Both the position numbers and the translations under genes were made by a program. Positions 30,201 through 40,500 of a DNA stretch of 64,000 bases are shown here, piece by piece. The notes beneath the pieces were generated by a model. It worked only from the letters and a program-made list of their open reading frames with translations, made no database searches and was not told where the DNA came from. Each line of letters begins with the position of its first letter. Position 1 is the first letter of the stretch. The stretch is taken from positions 64,001-128,000 of the forward strand of contig JBGAIQ010000009.1 of the NCBI GenBank assembly GCA_044225365.1, written 5' to 3'. The DNA is from Planctomycetota bacterium. GTDB taxonomy: Bacteria > Planctomycetota > B15-G4 > JADJEK01.

Positions 30201-31763
30201 TCAGCGCTCGACGAAGTCGCCGCCGGTCAGGCGCGCGAGGTCGCGCAGGAAGCGGTTGGAGGCGGGCGAAGTGCCGAGGCCGATCGTCGAGATCGCGACG
30301 CGCCGCAAACGATTCTTCGACTGCAGGCAAGCTTTGATCCGCGGGTAGAGGCGCACGGCCCCGGAGGAGGGCTCTCCGTCGGTGAGGAGCACGACCGTGT
30401 CGGCGCCGTCGACGTCGATGGCTTTCACGAGTGAGTCGTAAAGGTTCGTGGAACCTTCGGCCCGGATCGACGAGAGCGACTCCATCGCCGCCGCGACGCT
30501 CGCGCTGCTCCGCTTGCGCAGCGGCGCGGACTCGACGTGCGGCTCGTCCGAGAACGCGATGATTCCGAACTCGGTTCCGTCGGGAAGTGCGTTCAGTACC
30601 TGGGCGAGCGCCGCGCGCGCGCCGTCGATCTTGGATCGACCATCGGGCCCCGGTTCGCGCATCGATCCCGAGTGATCGATCACGAACACGACGCGATCGG
30701 AGACGATGGGGATGCCGTAGAACTGCGCCTCCGATCGCATGCCGCTCGTGGCGCGAGAAGCGTTTGCGGCTCCGCCCGGTATGGGTTTCGCCGAGTTCGC
30801 GGGGAGAGGAGCGCGCGGGGAGACGAAATCCCGACCGTGCATGCTCCACCACTGCATCCAGTCCGTAGCCTGATTCGGGATCTCGAGGCCCGTGATCTCC
30901 CGCAGCGCCTGCCACGCCATGTCGCGCGCTCGCGCGCGCGGATGCGCGAGGAGTTCGACGAGGCGCGGCACGCACGGCTTCGTTGCGTAGCGCGTCGCCT
31001 CTTCGATCGCCTGCACCAGCAGGGGCCGCAGGGGCAGGTCCGCGCGCAGATCGCGGCGCGACAACACCTCGGCCGTCACCGCGGCGCCGCGCACGGGGTC
31101 GATCTCGAAATACCGCGAGAGCGCGGCGACCTGCACCTCTTCGCGCGGCGACTGCATGAAGCGATCGAGGAGCGCCACCGCATCGGGACCACCGAGCCGA
31201 CCGACCGATTCCGCTGCGACCGACCTCACGAGCGGATCGGGATCGGTATCGACCAGTTCGACGAGACGATCGCGCGTCGAGCGGGCCTTCACGAATCCGC
31301 ATGCGCAGGCCGCCGCCGCGCGCGTGGCCGCAGCCGGATCGGAGAGCGCGGGCAGGAGTTCGATGTCGACCCCCGGCGGTTCGAGATCGGCGAGCGCATC
31401 CGCGGCGACCCGTCGCAAGTTGGAGTCGTGACTGCCAAGGCCACGCTTCACGAGTTCGGCGACCACCGCGCTCGAACGATCGCGCGTCATCGCGAGGAAG
31501 GCCTCGTCGCGCACCAGCGCGTCGCGATCGTTCGCCGCGAGCGGAAGGATCCAGCGAATCGCCGCGGCGCCGTACTCGCCCGCTTCGTGCGCGGCGCCCG
31601 CGCGCTCGGCGGACTCGGCGGATTGCAGCGACTTCTTCAGGTTCGCGGGAACCTCGCCGCAGACGGCCCGCGTGGATAGAGCGAGCAGCGCCAGGATGGC
31701 CGCGAGGAAACGCCGCGACGACGATCGCTCCCGCTGCTTCGGGCGTGCTTCGTTCGCGGTCAG
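30201..31763 (-). CDS. HEAT-repeat + vWA domain secreted protein (start approximate)
   Basis: HEAT repeats, FYGIPIVS and MIDAS motifs VIDHSGSM...T...LLTDGEP. Confidence 0.82.
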   Translation of the reverse strand: MTANEARPKQRERSSSRRFLAAILALLALSTRAVCGEVPANLKKSLQSAESAERAGAAHEAGEYGAAAIRWILPLAANDRDALVRDEAFLAMTRDRSSAVVAELVKRGLGSHDSNLRRVAADALADLEPPGVDIELLPALSDPAAATRAAAACACGFVKARSTRDRLVELVDTDPDPLVRSVAAESVGRLGGPDAVALLDRFMQSPREEVQVAALSRYFEIDPVRGAAVTAEVLSRRDLRADLPLRPLLVQAIEEATRYATKPCVPRLVELLAHPRARARDMAWQALREITGLEIPNQATDWMQWWSMHGRDFVSPRAPLPANSAKPIPGGAANASRATSGMRSEAQFYGIPIVSDRVVFVIDHSGSMREPGPDGRSKIDGARAALAQVLNALPDGTEFGIIAFSDEPHVESAPLRKRSSASVAAAMESLSSIRAEGSTNLYDSLVKAIDVDGADTVVLLTDGEPSSGAVRLYPRIKACLQSKNRLRRVAISTIGLGTSPASNRFLRDLARLTGGDFVER

Positions 31764-32083
31764 TTCGTCTCGATCGCGCGCAGAGCCGGGCGCGCAGCGA
31801 CCGCGAGGATCCGCTCGCTCGCCATCTTGCGTCGATGCGGCTTCTTCGCGCGCGAAGGCTTCTCCGACGCTGTCTCGATGAATCCCTGGAGTTGATCGAT
31901 GAGGTCGACCCATGACGATCCGTGATTCAGCTCGAACGCACCGCGGCGGCCGTTGTGCAGTTCGAGCGCGACGCCGCGCGTCACGCTGCCCGAGCGGGCA
32001 CCATCGAAGGTGAGGACGAGCCGGCGGACCCTTCGATCGCGACTGAGCCGGTCGAGACGCCCGAGCGGGTTGCGCGGATCCAT
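31760..32083 (-). CDS. Hypothetical protein
   Basis: 107-aa ORF co-oriented with its neighbours and abutting the HEAT/vWA gene. Confidence 0.4.
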   Translation of the reverse strand: MDPRNPLGRLDRLSRDRRVRRLVLTFDGARSGSVTRGVALELHNGRRGAFELNHGSSWVDLIDQLQGFIETASEKPSRAKKPHRRKMASERILAVAARPALRAIETN

Positions 32084-32235
32084 CGCTGCTCCTGTTCCTG
32101 CCGTCCGCGGCGGGACGGCCCGACCCGCGGCAGCACCCGTGGACGTCCGCTGACTCTAGTTGCGCTCCCGCGAACGGCAACGGGGGACTTGGCCGCCCAA
32201 TGCGGACCGGGCACGACGTCTTGCTGGGAACGGGG

Positions 32236-33402
32236 TCAGGGCCGTCGTTTCGCAGCGGTCTCGCAGTGCATCGAATCTTCGCAGGCCGAGCCCGATTCGA
32301 CGACGATCGCGCGCATCGAGCCGTCGGCGGCGTAGCGGTACTCCGTGACGCGGTCCCCGTCGCTCGACTTCACGACTCGCCCTTTCGCATCGAACTCGCG
32401 ATCGATCTCTGCGCGCCCATCGATCACGACCTTCGCGCAGAGCGCCTCGTCGGCGGCGAACACGTACTCGAGCTTCGACTTCGAGGGCGTCGTGACCGTG
32501 GCCGTGCGAGCCGGCGTGGAGCGCAGTTCGAAGGCGCCCGCAGCCGTCGTGACGATCGTCGCGCGCGGATCCGGATGTGCGATCGTGATCGGCGCATTGC
32601 GCGTCGACGCGATCCCCGCGAGTCGACCGTCGCTTCCGTACGTGAAGTCCATCGCGAAGCTCGCGTCGGACGCCGCGATCCGGACGAGTCGCCCGTTCTC
32701 CACCGTGAGGCCATAGCCGAGATCGTCCGTGACCTCGACCCGCGCGCCCGTCGGCAGCGACTTCCATACCGCGCTCGTATCGGCCCCCTCGATTCGTACG
32801 CGACGCATCTCACCGTCGGTCGTCACGACCCCCGTCGAATGCAGCGCCGATCCGAGATTGCGAACGGAGCACGCCTCGAACACCGCCCCCGCCCGAAGAT
32901 CTTTCAATTCGAACTCGACGACGTGATCCTTGCGGCGAGCACGAGCGAGCGGCGCGCCTTCGCGCGCCCGTTCGATCGTGAGCCACCAATCACCCTCGTT
33001 CTCCTCCGCGCGGCCACGGTACACGCCTTCACCGAAAGAGGGCTCGGCGACGAACTCGACGAGGCGCCCATCGTCGGTGAGCAGTCGCGGCGACTCCCCC
33101 CATTCGAGGCGTTGACCGAACGAACGCGTCCATCCCGGTCCGAGTCCCTCGGGGTCGGGAGCGTCGGCGGTCGACGTGTCGTTGTAGTAGAGGACGAAGG
33201 GAGTGCGCGGAAGCTGCGTGACGAAGATCATGCCCCCCGTCGCGGGTAGGAGGCAGATCCCGGAGTCCTCGATTGGGTAAGCGACGTCGCTGCCGATCGG
33301 GAGCCCGACTCCGCGCGAAGCCGAGCCGAGGTGATCGGCGCCGGACGAGGCCGGAACCGTCGAGCACCACAGTGCGAGTATGCAGGTAAGGAGTGACATC
33401 AT
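32236..33402 (-). CDS. Secreted DUF6531-like/YD-repeat protein (Rhs N-terminal-shell-like)
   Basis: Strong RBS GAGGAGGAG, signal peptide, LYYN...GLGPGWTRSFGQRL motif, and YD-like repeats (FTYGSDGRL, EFDAKGRV, YRYAADG). Confidence 0.72.
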   Translation of the reverse strand: MMSLLTCILALWCSTVPASSGADHLGSASRGVGLPIGSDVAYPIEDSGICLLPATGGMIFVTQLPRTPFVLYYNDTSTADAPDPEGLGPGWTRSFGQRLEWGESPRLLTDDGRLVEFVAEPSFGEGVYRGRAEENEGDWWLTIERAREGAPLARARRKDHVVEFELKDLRAGAVFEACSVRNLGSALHSTGVVTTDGEMRRVRIEGADTSAVWKSLPTGARVEVTDDLGYGLTVENGRLVRIAASDASFAMDFTYGSDGRLAGIASTRNAPITIAHPDPRATIVTTAAGAFELRSTPARTATVTTPSKSKLEYVFAADEALCAKVVIDGRAEIDREFDAKGRVVKSSDGDRVTEYRYAADGSMRAIVVESGSACEDSMHCETAAKRRP

Positions 33403-33413
33403 GGCTCCTCCTC

Positions 33414-36400
33414 TCAGTGTCCTTGCTTCGTCCGAGTGTGTCGGCACTCGCAAGGGCTCTCGGCCATGTCGAGGAACCCCGCCAAACGGTCCGCATGTTC
33501 CTTGATGTCGTTCATTGCCTTCTGCATCGTCGGATGCTCGATGGATGTCGCAGGAATCGGTTTACCGTCTCGGCCGGGCGCTGTCGGTCCGGTCAAGGAA
33601 TAACCATCTCCAATGACGGTGACCCGGGTCAGCTTTGGATCCGATGTATCCGGCACGTCGTGCGTCGGCTGACTCAGCATTCCATTGTGGACGACATCCG
33701 CCCACAGCATGATCGTGACGCTGCCGAACTGGTACTGATTCCAGATCTCGTTGATGATTCGCTTCCTCTGCAGTTCCCATTTCTCCTTCGCGTCGACATA
33801 CGCCGCCATCGAATCATGCGTCATGAACGACTTGATTCCAGCGAGCGAGTTGAGCGCGTTTTGTAGGAAACGCTCCACGAAGGAGTACAAGAGCACGGCG
33901 TGGACCATTTCGTGGAAGTAGGCGGACTCCGTGATTCCTTTTCCAACCACTCTCAGCGTCTTATCAGGAGCCATGACGCTGGAATTCAGGGCTGCGATCT
34001 GCACCTTGATGCTGAAATCGGAATCTCCCGAGTGGGAGGTCCTCGCGTGATCCGTCTCGGCCGGATAGCACGGCGGATCCATCACGGGATTCACGTAGAC
34101 GTACTTCTCGGAGTAGATGTCCACGCTGTCGAGCTCGGTGACGCCAAAGACCAGGCCTCCCAGCGCCTCCGAGAAGGCGACGCCAGCCAACTTCGGTCGC
34201 TGGATCTCACCGAGCACCCGACCGACCGTGCATAGGCCACTAGGATCGACGAAATCGACCGGATCGTCGCCGACCCGGCTGTATTCCTTCTGGAGCGAGC
34301 TGGCGCGAATCGGATCCGGCTCCACGAACCGGCAATCCTCCGGATCGTACATCCGAGCGCCGTTCCAGTAGATCCCGTGGTTCGCGTCCCAGCGCATGCC
34401 CTGGAACCGGTCGACGTTCCACGTCGCGCCGCTCGTTCCGAGCGAGCCCCCGAAGGGATAGTACTCGAACCCCGCGGTCGCGAGCGTCGACTCGTCGAGC
34501 GTGCGCACCACGCTGCCCGTGATCGGATCGGCGAGCACGACGTGATCGACGCCGGATCGCTCGGACCAGATCTTCTGATCGATGCCGGTACCGAAATCCT
34601 CCTCCTCGAGTACCCAGTTGTTGTAGGAAAGAACGGGCTCGCCGTTGGGATCGAGCGTGAAGTAACGAATCGTCGAGCCCGTCACGGCACCGAGGATCGA
34701 GCCGAACGGATCGCGATAGAACTGGGTGGTGACGGCGCCGGTCGTGAGGGTCGCGATGCGGCCCCAGGCATCGTAGGTGTAGGTGCGAGTCGAAGCGCCG
34801 TTCGATCGCGAGGTCACGCGGCCCGCTGCGTCGTACGCGTACGTCGTCGTTGCGCTACCCTTCTGTGCCGTGATCAGGCGACTCGCCTGGTCGTAGCCAA
34901 AGGTCGTCGTCACGCCGGACTGCGTGGAAGTCGCGATGCGGCCGGCGGCGTCGTAAGTCAGGCTGGAGGTATACGCATTCGGTCCGGTTCGCTTGCTCGA
35001 CGCCAGCGCACCGAACGATGTGTAGGTGAACGTCTCGCTGTCGCCCGCCGCGTGATCGATTTGCGAGACGCGATCTTCGCCATTGTATTTGTAAACGCGG
35101 TGCACCAGCGTCGTGCTCGATCGCGCGGCCGAGTAGTCGTTCAGTCGACCGCATCCGTCGAATGCGAATCTCTCGTCGACGAGGCCGCGGATCCTTCGAA
35201 GCACGATGCGACCGATCGAATCGTACGTAAAGCTCGTCATCGGTTCGGTGATGCTTCCCCGTACGAGGTCGATCGATGAGATTCGACTCATCGAATCGTA
35301 GGAATACGAGAATGCATCGCCGTTCGGAACGACTCGCGCGATGAGGCGCCCTGTCGAATCGTAGTAATACGAGAACACCTCCCCGAATCCATTGGAGAAC
35401 GACGTGACCCGCCCCGACGCGTCGTAAGCGTACTGATACCAGGTCGTGCCTTCCTGGATCGCGGCGAGGCGATCGTGCGCGTCGTACGTGTAACTGCGCG
35501 TCGCACCACCGATGCTCGAGCTGGATTGCGTGAGCTTGCCCGAGGCGTCGTAGGCGAAGGAATACGTGACACCACCGGGCTCGGTCTGACTCGTGAGTCG
35601 ACCGTTCGCATCATGCGTGAGGGTGAACGTCTGCGTACCGTGGACGACCGTAGCGAGGTTGCCGAGCGCGTCGTAGGAATACGACCACGCGAGATCACCG
35701 CCGTTCTTCTTGTACGTGAGGCGGCCGAGGGAGTCGTACGCGTACGTCACGGCCGGCGCGCCGTCGGGGGTCGACGTGAGGGGCTGACCCGCGAGATTGT
35801 AGGTATACGAACACCCATACCCCGTCGGATGGACCATGCGCGAAAGTCGGCCGTTCACGTCGTACGAGTAGGTCGTCGTCAGCACGGTGCTCGTCGACTG
35901 GGCAACGGGGTATTTCTTCACGGATACGAGCCGACCGCCCGAATCGTAGGTCTGGTCGATCCGAATCTCGCTCGAGGTCCCCGGAGCGAGTTTCGATACG
36001 GTGAGTCGACCGACGACGTCGTAGGCGAAGGTCGCCACCAGCACGCCGTTCTGCCGGACTTCCGTGCAGCGCCCCGCCGCATCCCGCGTGTAGGTCGTGG
36101 TCACACCGCCGCAGGTCGTGGACACGAGATCCGTGTAGAGGAATTGCGACGTGCTCGGCATGGACCCCGAGGCGGCGTGCGACGTCTCGAGCCCTGCGAG
36201 GTTGTAGGCGCGTTGCAGTACGACGGCGGGATCGGAGTCGTTCGCGAGGCCATCGCTGTTCGAATCGATCCAGGGGCCGGTCTCGGTGACGGGGCGGCCC
36301 AGCGCATCGCGAGCGACCACGGTCGTCCGACCTCCCGAATCCACCGCGCGCGTGAGTCGGTCGGCGGCATCGTAGTCGTAGGTCGCCGTGCCGAGACCGA

Positions 36401-37439
36401 AGTACGTGTGCGACGTCTCCTGGTTCCGCGCTCCGAACGCGACCGACTCCTGCGGAGTCATCGCGCCATCGAAAGTGGTCGCCTGGCGATTCAGCGCGTC
36501 GAACTGCGCCGCCTCGAGCACCGACGTCTGGTTCGCGATCATGGTCTGAACGCCGGCGAGCGAGGCGGCGGGACCATGGCGCGAAACGACGTTGCCCGAC
36601 GCGTCGTAGCGGTTGCCGATCCACGTGACATTGCTCGACGTCGTGCGGATTCCCTGCGCTTCGATCCGTCCGGCGGAGTCGTACGACGTGAATTCGCTGC
36701 CGAGCGCGGTCGAGACTCCCGGGCGCGTGACTTTGATCACGCGATGCTGCGAATCGTAGTCGAAGTACGTGACGAGACCGTTGGGATCGGTCTCCGAGAT
36801 CTTGTCGTGCGTCGCGTTGTAGGACCGGAACGTGATCGCGCCGGCCTCATTGCGGATCTGGACCAGGTCGCCGTTCGAGTCGTAAGTGAATTGGCGATAT
36901 TGACCCGCGGTGATCATCGCCTGAACGTCGGTCTGCGTGAACGCGGGTCCCGCGCTCTGGATCACGCGCCCCATCGAATCGAGCGTGTCGAGGGTGATGC
37001 CCCCGCGGAAATCGGTCGTCATCGTCCGATTGCCCGCGAGATACGCGAAGGTCCAGGTGTACGTCTCGGTGCCATTCGTCGCGGTCCGTGACGCGAGGCG
37101 ACCCATCGAATCGTAGGTGTACGACTCGGTCAGCGCCCCGCCCTGGCGACTGTGGCTCGTCACTCGGTACTGCGCATCCCACGTCCAGTTCTCGATCTGC
37201 CCACCGGGATGCGTCGCCTGCTGCAGGAGCGAGTAGCCGCCGGAATACGTGTACGTGTAGTTGTGCGTCTGAGCGGCGAGTTCCGCCGGATTCGGCACCG
37301 GACCGTACACCGGTCCACGGTGCTGGGTCACGTTGCCGAAGGCGTCGTACTGGAAGTCCTCGTAGAGTGATTGGGCGCTGGCAATTCCCGCCAGCGACAT
37401 GGCTGCGGCGAAGAGCGAGACGGGGAGACGGAGCGACAT
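33414..37439 (-). CDS. Secreted Rhs/YD-repeat protein with C-terminal HEXXH domain
   Basis: Sec signal (..IASAQ), many YD repeats, core ARMYDP..RF..PDP and PVDFVDPSGL cleavage motif, and a roughly 270-aa C-terminal domain containing HEMVH. Confidence 0.93.
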   Translation of the reverse strand: MSLRLPVSLFAAAMSLAGIASAQSLYEDFQYDAFGNVTQHRGPVYGPVPNPAELAAQTHNYTYTYSGGYSLLQQATHPGGQIENWTWDAQYRVTSHSRQGGALTESYTYDSMGRLASRTATNGTETYTWTFAYLAGNRTMTTDFRGGITLDTLDSMGRVIQSAGPAFTQTDVQAMITAGQYRQFTYDSNGDLVQIRNEAGAITFRSYNATHDKISETDPNGLVTYFDYDSQHRVIKVTRPGVSTALGSEFTSYDSAGRIEAQGIRTTSSNVTWIGNRYDASGNVVSRHGPAASLAGVQTMIANQTSVLEAAQFDALNRQATTFDGAMTPQESVAFGARNQETSHTYFGLGTATYDYDAADRLTRAVDSGGRTTVVARDALGRPVTETGPWIDSNSDGLANDSDPAVVLQRAYNLAGLETSHAASGSMPSTSQFLYTDLVSTTCGGVTTTYTRDAAGRCTEVRQNGVLVATFAYDVVGRLTVSKLAPGTSSEIRIDQTYDSGGRLVSVKKYPVAQSTSTVLTTTYSYDVNGRLSRMVHPTGYGCSYTYNLAGQPLTSTPDGAPAVTYAYDSLGRLTYKKNGGDLAWSYSYDALGNLATVVHGTQTFTLTHDANGRLTSQTEPGGVTYSFAYDASGKLTQSSSSIGGATRSYTYDAHDRLAAIQEGTTWYQYAYDASGRVTSFSNGFGEVFSYYYDSTGRLIARVVPNGDAFSYSYDSMSRISSIDLVRGSITEPMTSFTYDSIGRIVLRRIRGLVDERFAFDGCGRLNDYSAARSSTTLVHRVYKYNGEDRVSQIDHAAGDSETFTYTSFGALASSKRTGPNAYTSSLTYDAAGRIATSTQSGVTTTFGYDQASRLITAQKGSATTTYAYDAAGRVTSRSNGASTRTYTYDAWGRIATLTTGAVTTQFYRDPFGSILGAVTGSTIRYFTLDPNGEPVLSYNNWVLEEEDFGTGIDQKIWSERSGVDHVVLADPITGSVVRTLDESTLATAGFEYYPFGGSLGTSGATWNVDRFQGMRWDANHGIYWNGARMYDPEDCRFVEPDPIRASSLQKEYSRVGDDPVDFVDPSGLCTVGRVLGEIQRPKLAGVAFSEALGGLVFGVTELDSVDIYSEKYVYVNPVMDPPCYPAETDHARTSHSGDSDFSIKVQIAALNSSVMAPDKTLRVVGKGITESAYFHEMVHAVLLYSFVERFLQNALNSLAGIKSFMTHDSMAAYVDAKEKWELQRKRIINEIWNQYQFGSVTIMLWADVVHNGMLSQPTHDVPDTSDPKLTRVTVIGDGYSLTGPTAPGRDGKPIPATSIEHPTMQKAMNDIKEHADRLAGFLDMAESPCECRHTRTKQGH

Positions 37440-37557
37440 CGGGAATCCTCGAAGCGGTGGCGATGGTCGGGACCACCTGGGACGAGCGAGGATGCCGCGG
37501 CGACGTCACGCGGGATTCACGACTTTTTTTCCGTCCGTGGACGCCGCGGCGAACCGA

Positions 37558-40500
37558 TCAGGAGCGAAGAACGCGATCGGCCTCGCGCACGACGGCTGCG
37601 TTGAACAGATCGCTGGTCAGGAACGCCTCGCGCCGCTGGGCGTCCTCGATTCCCGTACTGCGCTCGAGCACGAGGTCGCGTGCCCGCACGAGGAACTCGC
37701 GAGCCTCGTCCTCACGATCGATCGCCTTCAGGCAGCGATAGTGGATGAACGACAGCTCGGCCTGGCGCTTCCTCGCGGCCTGGTGCGTCTCCAGGAACTT
37801 CATGCCCTTCTTGCTGACGGCGAGGGCGAACTTGGACTTGCCCTGCGCGAGGTAGGCGACGGCGAGCGCGGCGTAGGCGTAGGCCTCCTGTCGCGCAAGC
37901 TCGTACTTCTGCGCGATCGCCACGCCCGAGGCGGCATACGTCGCGGCGACGGCGGGGTCGCGCTCCGGATTCTGATTCGCGATGAAGAGGAGGGCGAGGG
38001 CGACGTGCGTGTACACCTCGAACGGCGCATCCGAGGTCATCTTGAACAGATCGAGCGCGCGTTCGAGGCGGGCCCTTGCTTCGGCATGGCGACGCGCTCG
38101 CATCGCGAGTTCGCCAGAGACGTACAGCGCGCGAGCCTTCAACGCCTGATCGGAGTTGGCCTCGGCGATCGTGAGCGCCGCGTCCGCGGACTTCTCGGCG
38201 CGTTCGAGGTCGCCGAGCTCGCGATAGGTCCTTGCGAGCTGAAAGAACGCGCGGCCCCGACCGCGTTGATCCTCGAGTCGCTCGAAGAGCGCGAGGGCCT
38301 GCTTCTGCGTCTCGAGGGCGAGCTCGAGACGATCCGTCGCGAGATAGAGCTGGCCGAAGATGAGGAAGCCGTAGGCGCGTCCCAGCTCGTCCCCCGCCGC
38401 AGCGGCGAGTTCGTCGGCACGCTTCAATTCGTCGTCATAATCGGTCTGACCGAGCGTCTCGAGCACGGCGGCCTCGACGCGGAGCGAGCGCGCCTCGAGC
38501 GCGAGATCACCCGCACGTCGCGCCGCCTCGCGCGAACGCTCGCAATGCTGCAGCGCCGCGAACACGCGGCCGGTGGACGAGTCGTACGCAGCGAGTTCGA
38601 CCTCGACCTGCGCGATGCGTCGATCGTCGTTGGCCGTGAGCGCTACGCGGGCGGCGGAGCGCAGCAATTCGCCCTGCCGCGCGCGCTGTCCCAGATGACC
38701 GTAGACCGAAGCCGCGCCGAGGAAGAGGGCCACGCGATCCGAGGCGACGATCGTGGCATCGTCGTCGGAAACCTGCGACAGGTGGTCGAGCGCCTTGTCG
38801 GCGAGCCGCTGCGCTCGCTCGTGGAGGTTGCGGTCCTCGCAGAAGTCCACGGCACCGATCAGATACCTGGCGGCGCGCGAGTGCGCCTCCGCGAAGGAGA
38901 AGTGGATGCCGGCTTCGTAGTTCGCGCGCGTCGCGGCGTGCGGGTCGGTGGACGACCGCGCGTGGATCTGCGCGACCGTCAGGTGATATTCGCGACGCAG
39001 GGCGGGATCGATCCCGAGGTACACCCGTTCACGCAGCAAGTGATGATCGAAGCGGTAGGCGTCGTCGAACGATCGAACGAGGTGATAGCGCTGGGTCAGT
39101 CGCGAGAGAACCTCGGAGGCCTTGAGGAGGTCGAGCCCGAGTCCCTCGATGACCGGCTCGGGTTTGAATCGCGCGCCGAACACCGACGCGAATTCGAGGA
39201 AGCGCTTCGCTTCGGCATCGATGTCCTCGAGCCTTCGCGCGAGCAGGTCGAGCACCGATTTCGGCAACGGCAGGCGCTTCAGCTCGGCGGGCTTGATCGA
39301 GCGCAGCTTGCCGCGCCGTTCCAGGTCGTCGATCAGCGCGAACAGGAAGCCGGGATTGCCTTCGCTCGCTTCGTGGAGGCGCTTGCCGAGAGATTTCAGG
39401 AGCGCCGGCGGAACGCCGACGTCCCGCAGCACGGAGCGGACGGCGGTGTCGTCGAGCCGCTCGAGCGTGACGTGGAGCGCTTCCTTCAGCTCGAACAGCT
39501 TCTTGAAGAACGGCGCCGACGGCGGCTCGCCCGGCATCGTCTCGGCGAGTGCGCTCTCGCGGGCCGTGAGCACGATGGCGATCGGGAACACCGCGAGCGT
39601 CGAGGCGAGTGCGAGCAAGGCGCGGAGCGAACCGCGATCGGCCCACTGGATCTCCTCGATCACGAGGAAGATCGGCGAGCGCACCGACAGCGTGCGCAGG
39701 ACCTCCGCGTACAGCGCGGGGACGGCTTCCGGCGGCAGTTGCTTCGCTGCCGAAGAACCGGCGAGCGCGCTCGCGCCCGGCGCATTCGTCCCGCCGGATG
39801 CGACGCCCGCGCCGCCTTCACCGAGAACGAGGGAAGCGAAAGCGTCGGCGAAGACGCGGCGCTCGGGCAGGTTCTCGCGCAACTTCTCGGCGAGCACGCG
39901 CGTGCGATCGGCGCGCGGGACCGCGTCGACGCCGAGGGCCATCAGCAGCGCCTCGTTCAGTGCGTAGTACGGCGTCGCTGCCGCTTGATCGAGGAAGCGC
40001 GAGACGAGGACCTGCGCGCCGAGCGGCTCGATCTCCTCGGACTCGAGTGCGCTATCGATGAGGCGCGATTTGCCGATCCCGGTCTCGCCGGTGACGACGA
40101 CGACCCGTCCGCTCCGCGCGACGGCGGCCGTGCGCAATGCGTCGACGAGCGCGCCGCGCGCGGCGTCCCGTCCGTAGACCCGAGTCGCACGACGCACGCG
40201 CAATCGTCGCCGCGAACGCGACAGGTGCGCCTCCATGGCTTCGCCCTCGACGTAGGCCTTCCACCAGTCCGATTCCTCGCGTTCCTCGAGGATGCGAAGG
40301 AGGCGCGATGCCGGCTGGAGACGCCGCGCCGGGTCTTTCTCGAGCGCCTGCGCGACCACCCGCTCGAAGAAGTACGAAACGTCGGGCGCGAACGCCGAGA
40401 CGGGACGCGGGACGAGCCTCGTCTGATTCGCCATCGTCGACGGCAGATCGGGACCGTGGAACGGATTGAATCCCGTGAGGCACTCGTAGGCGGTGACGCC

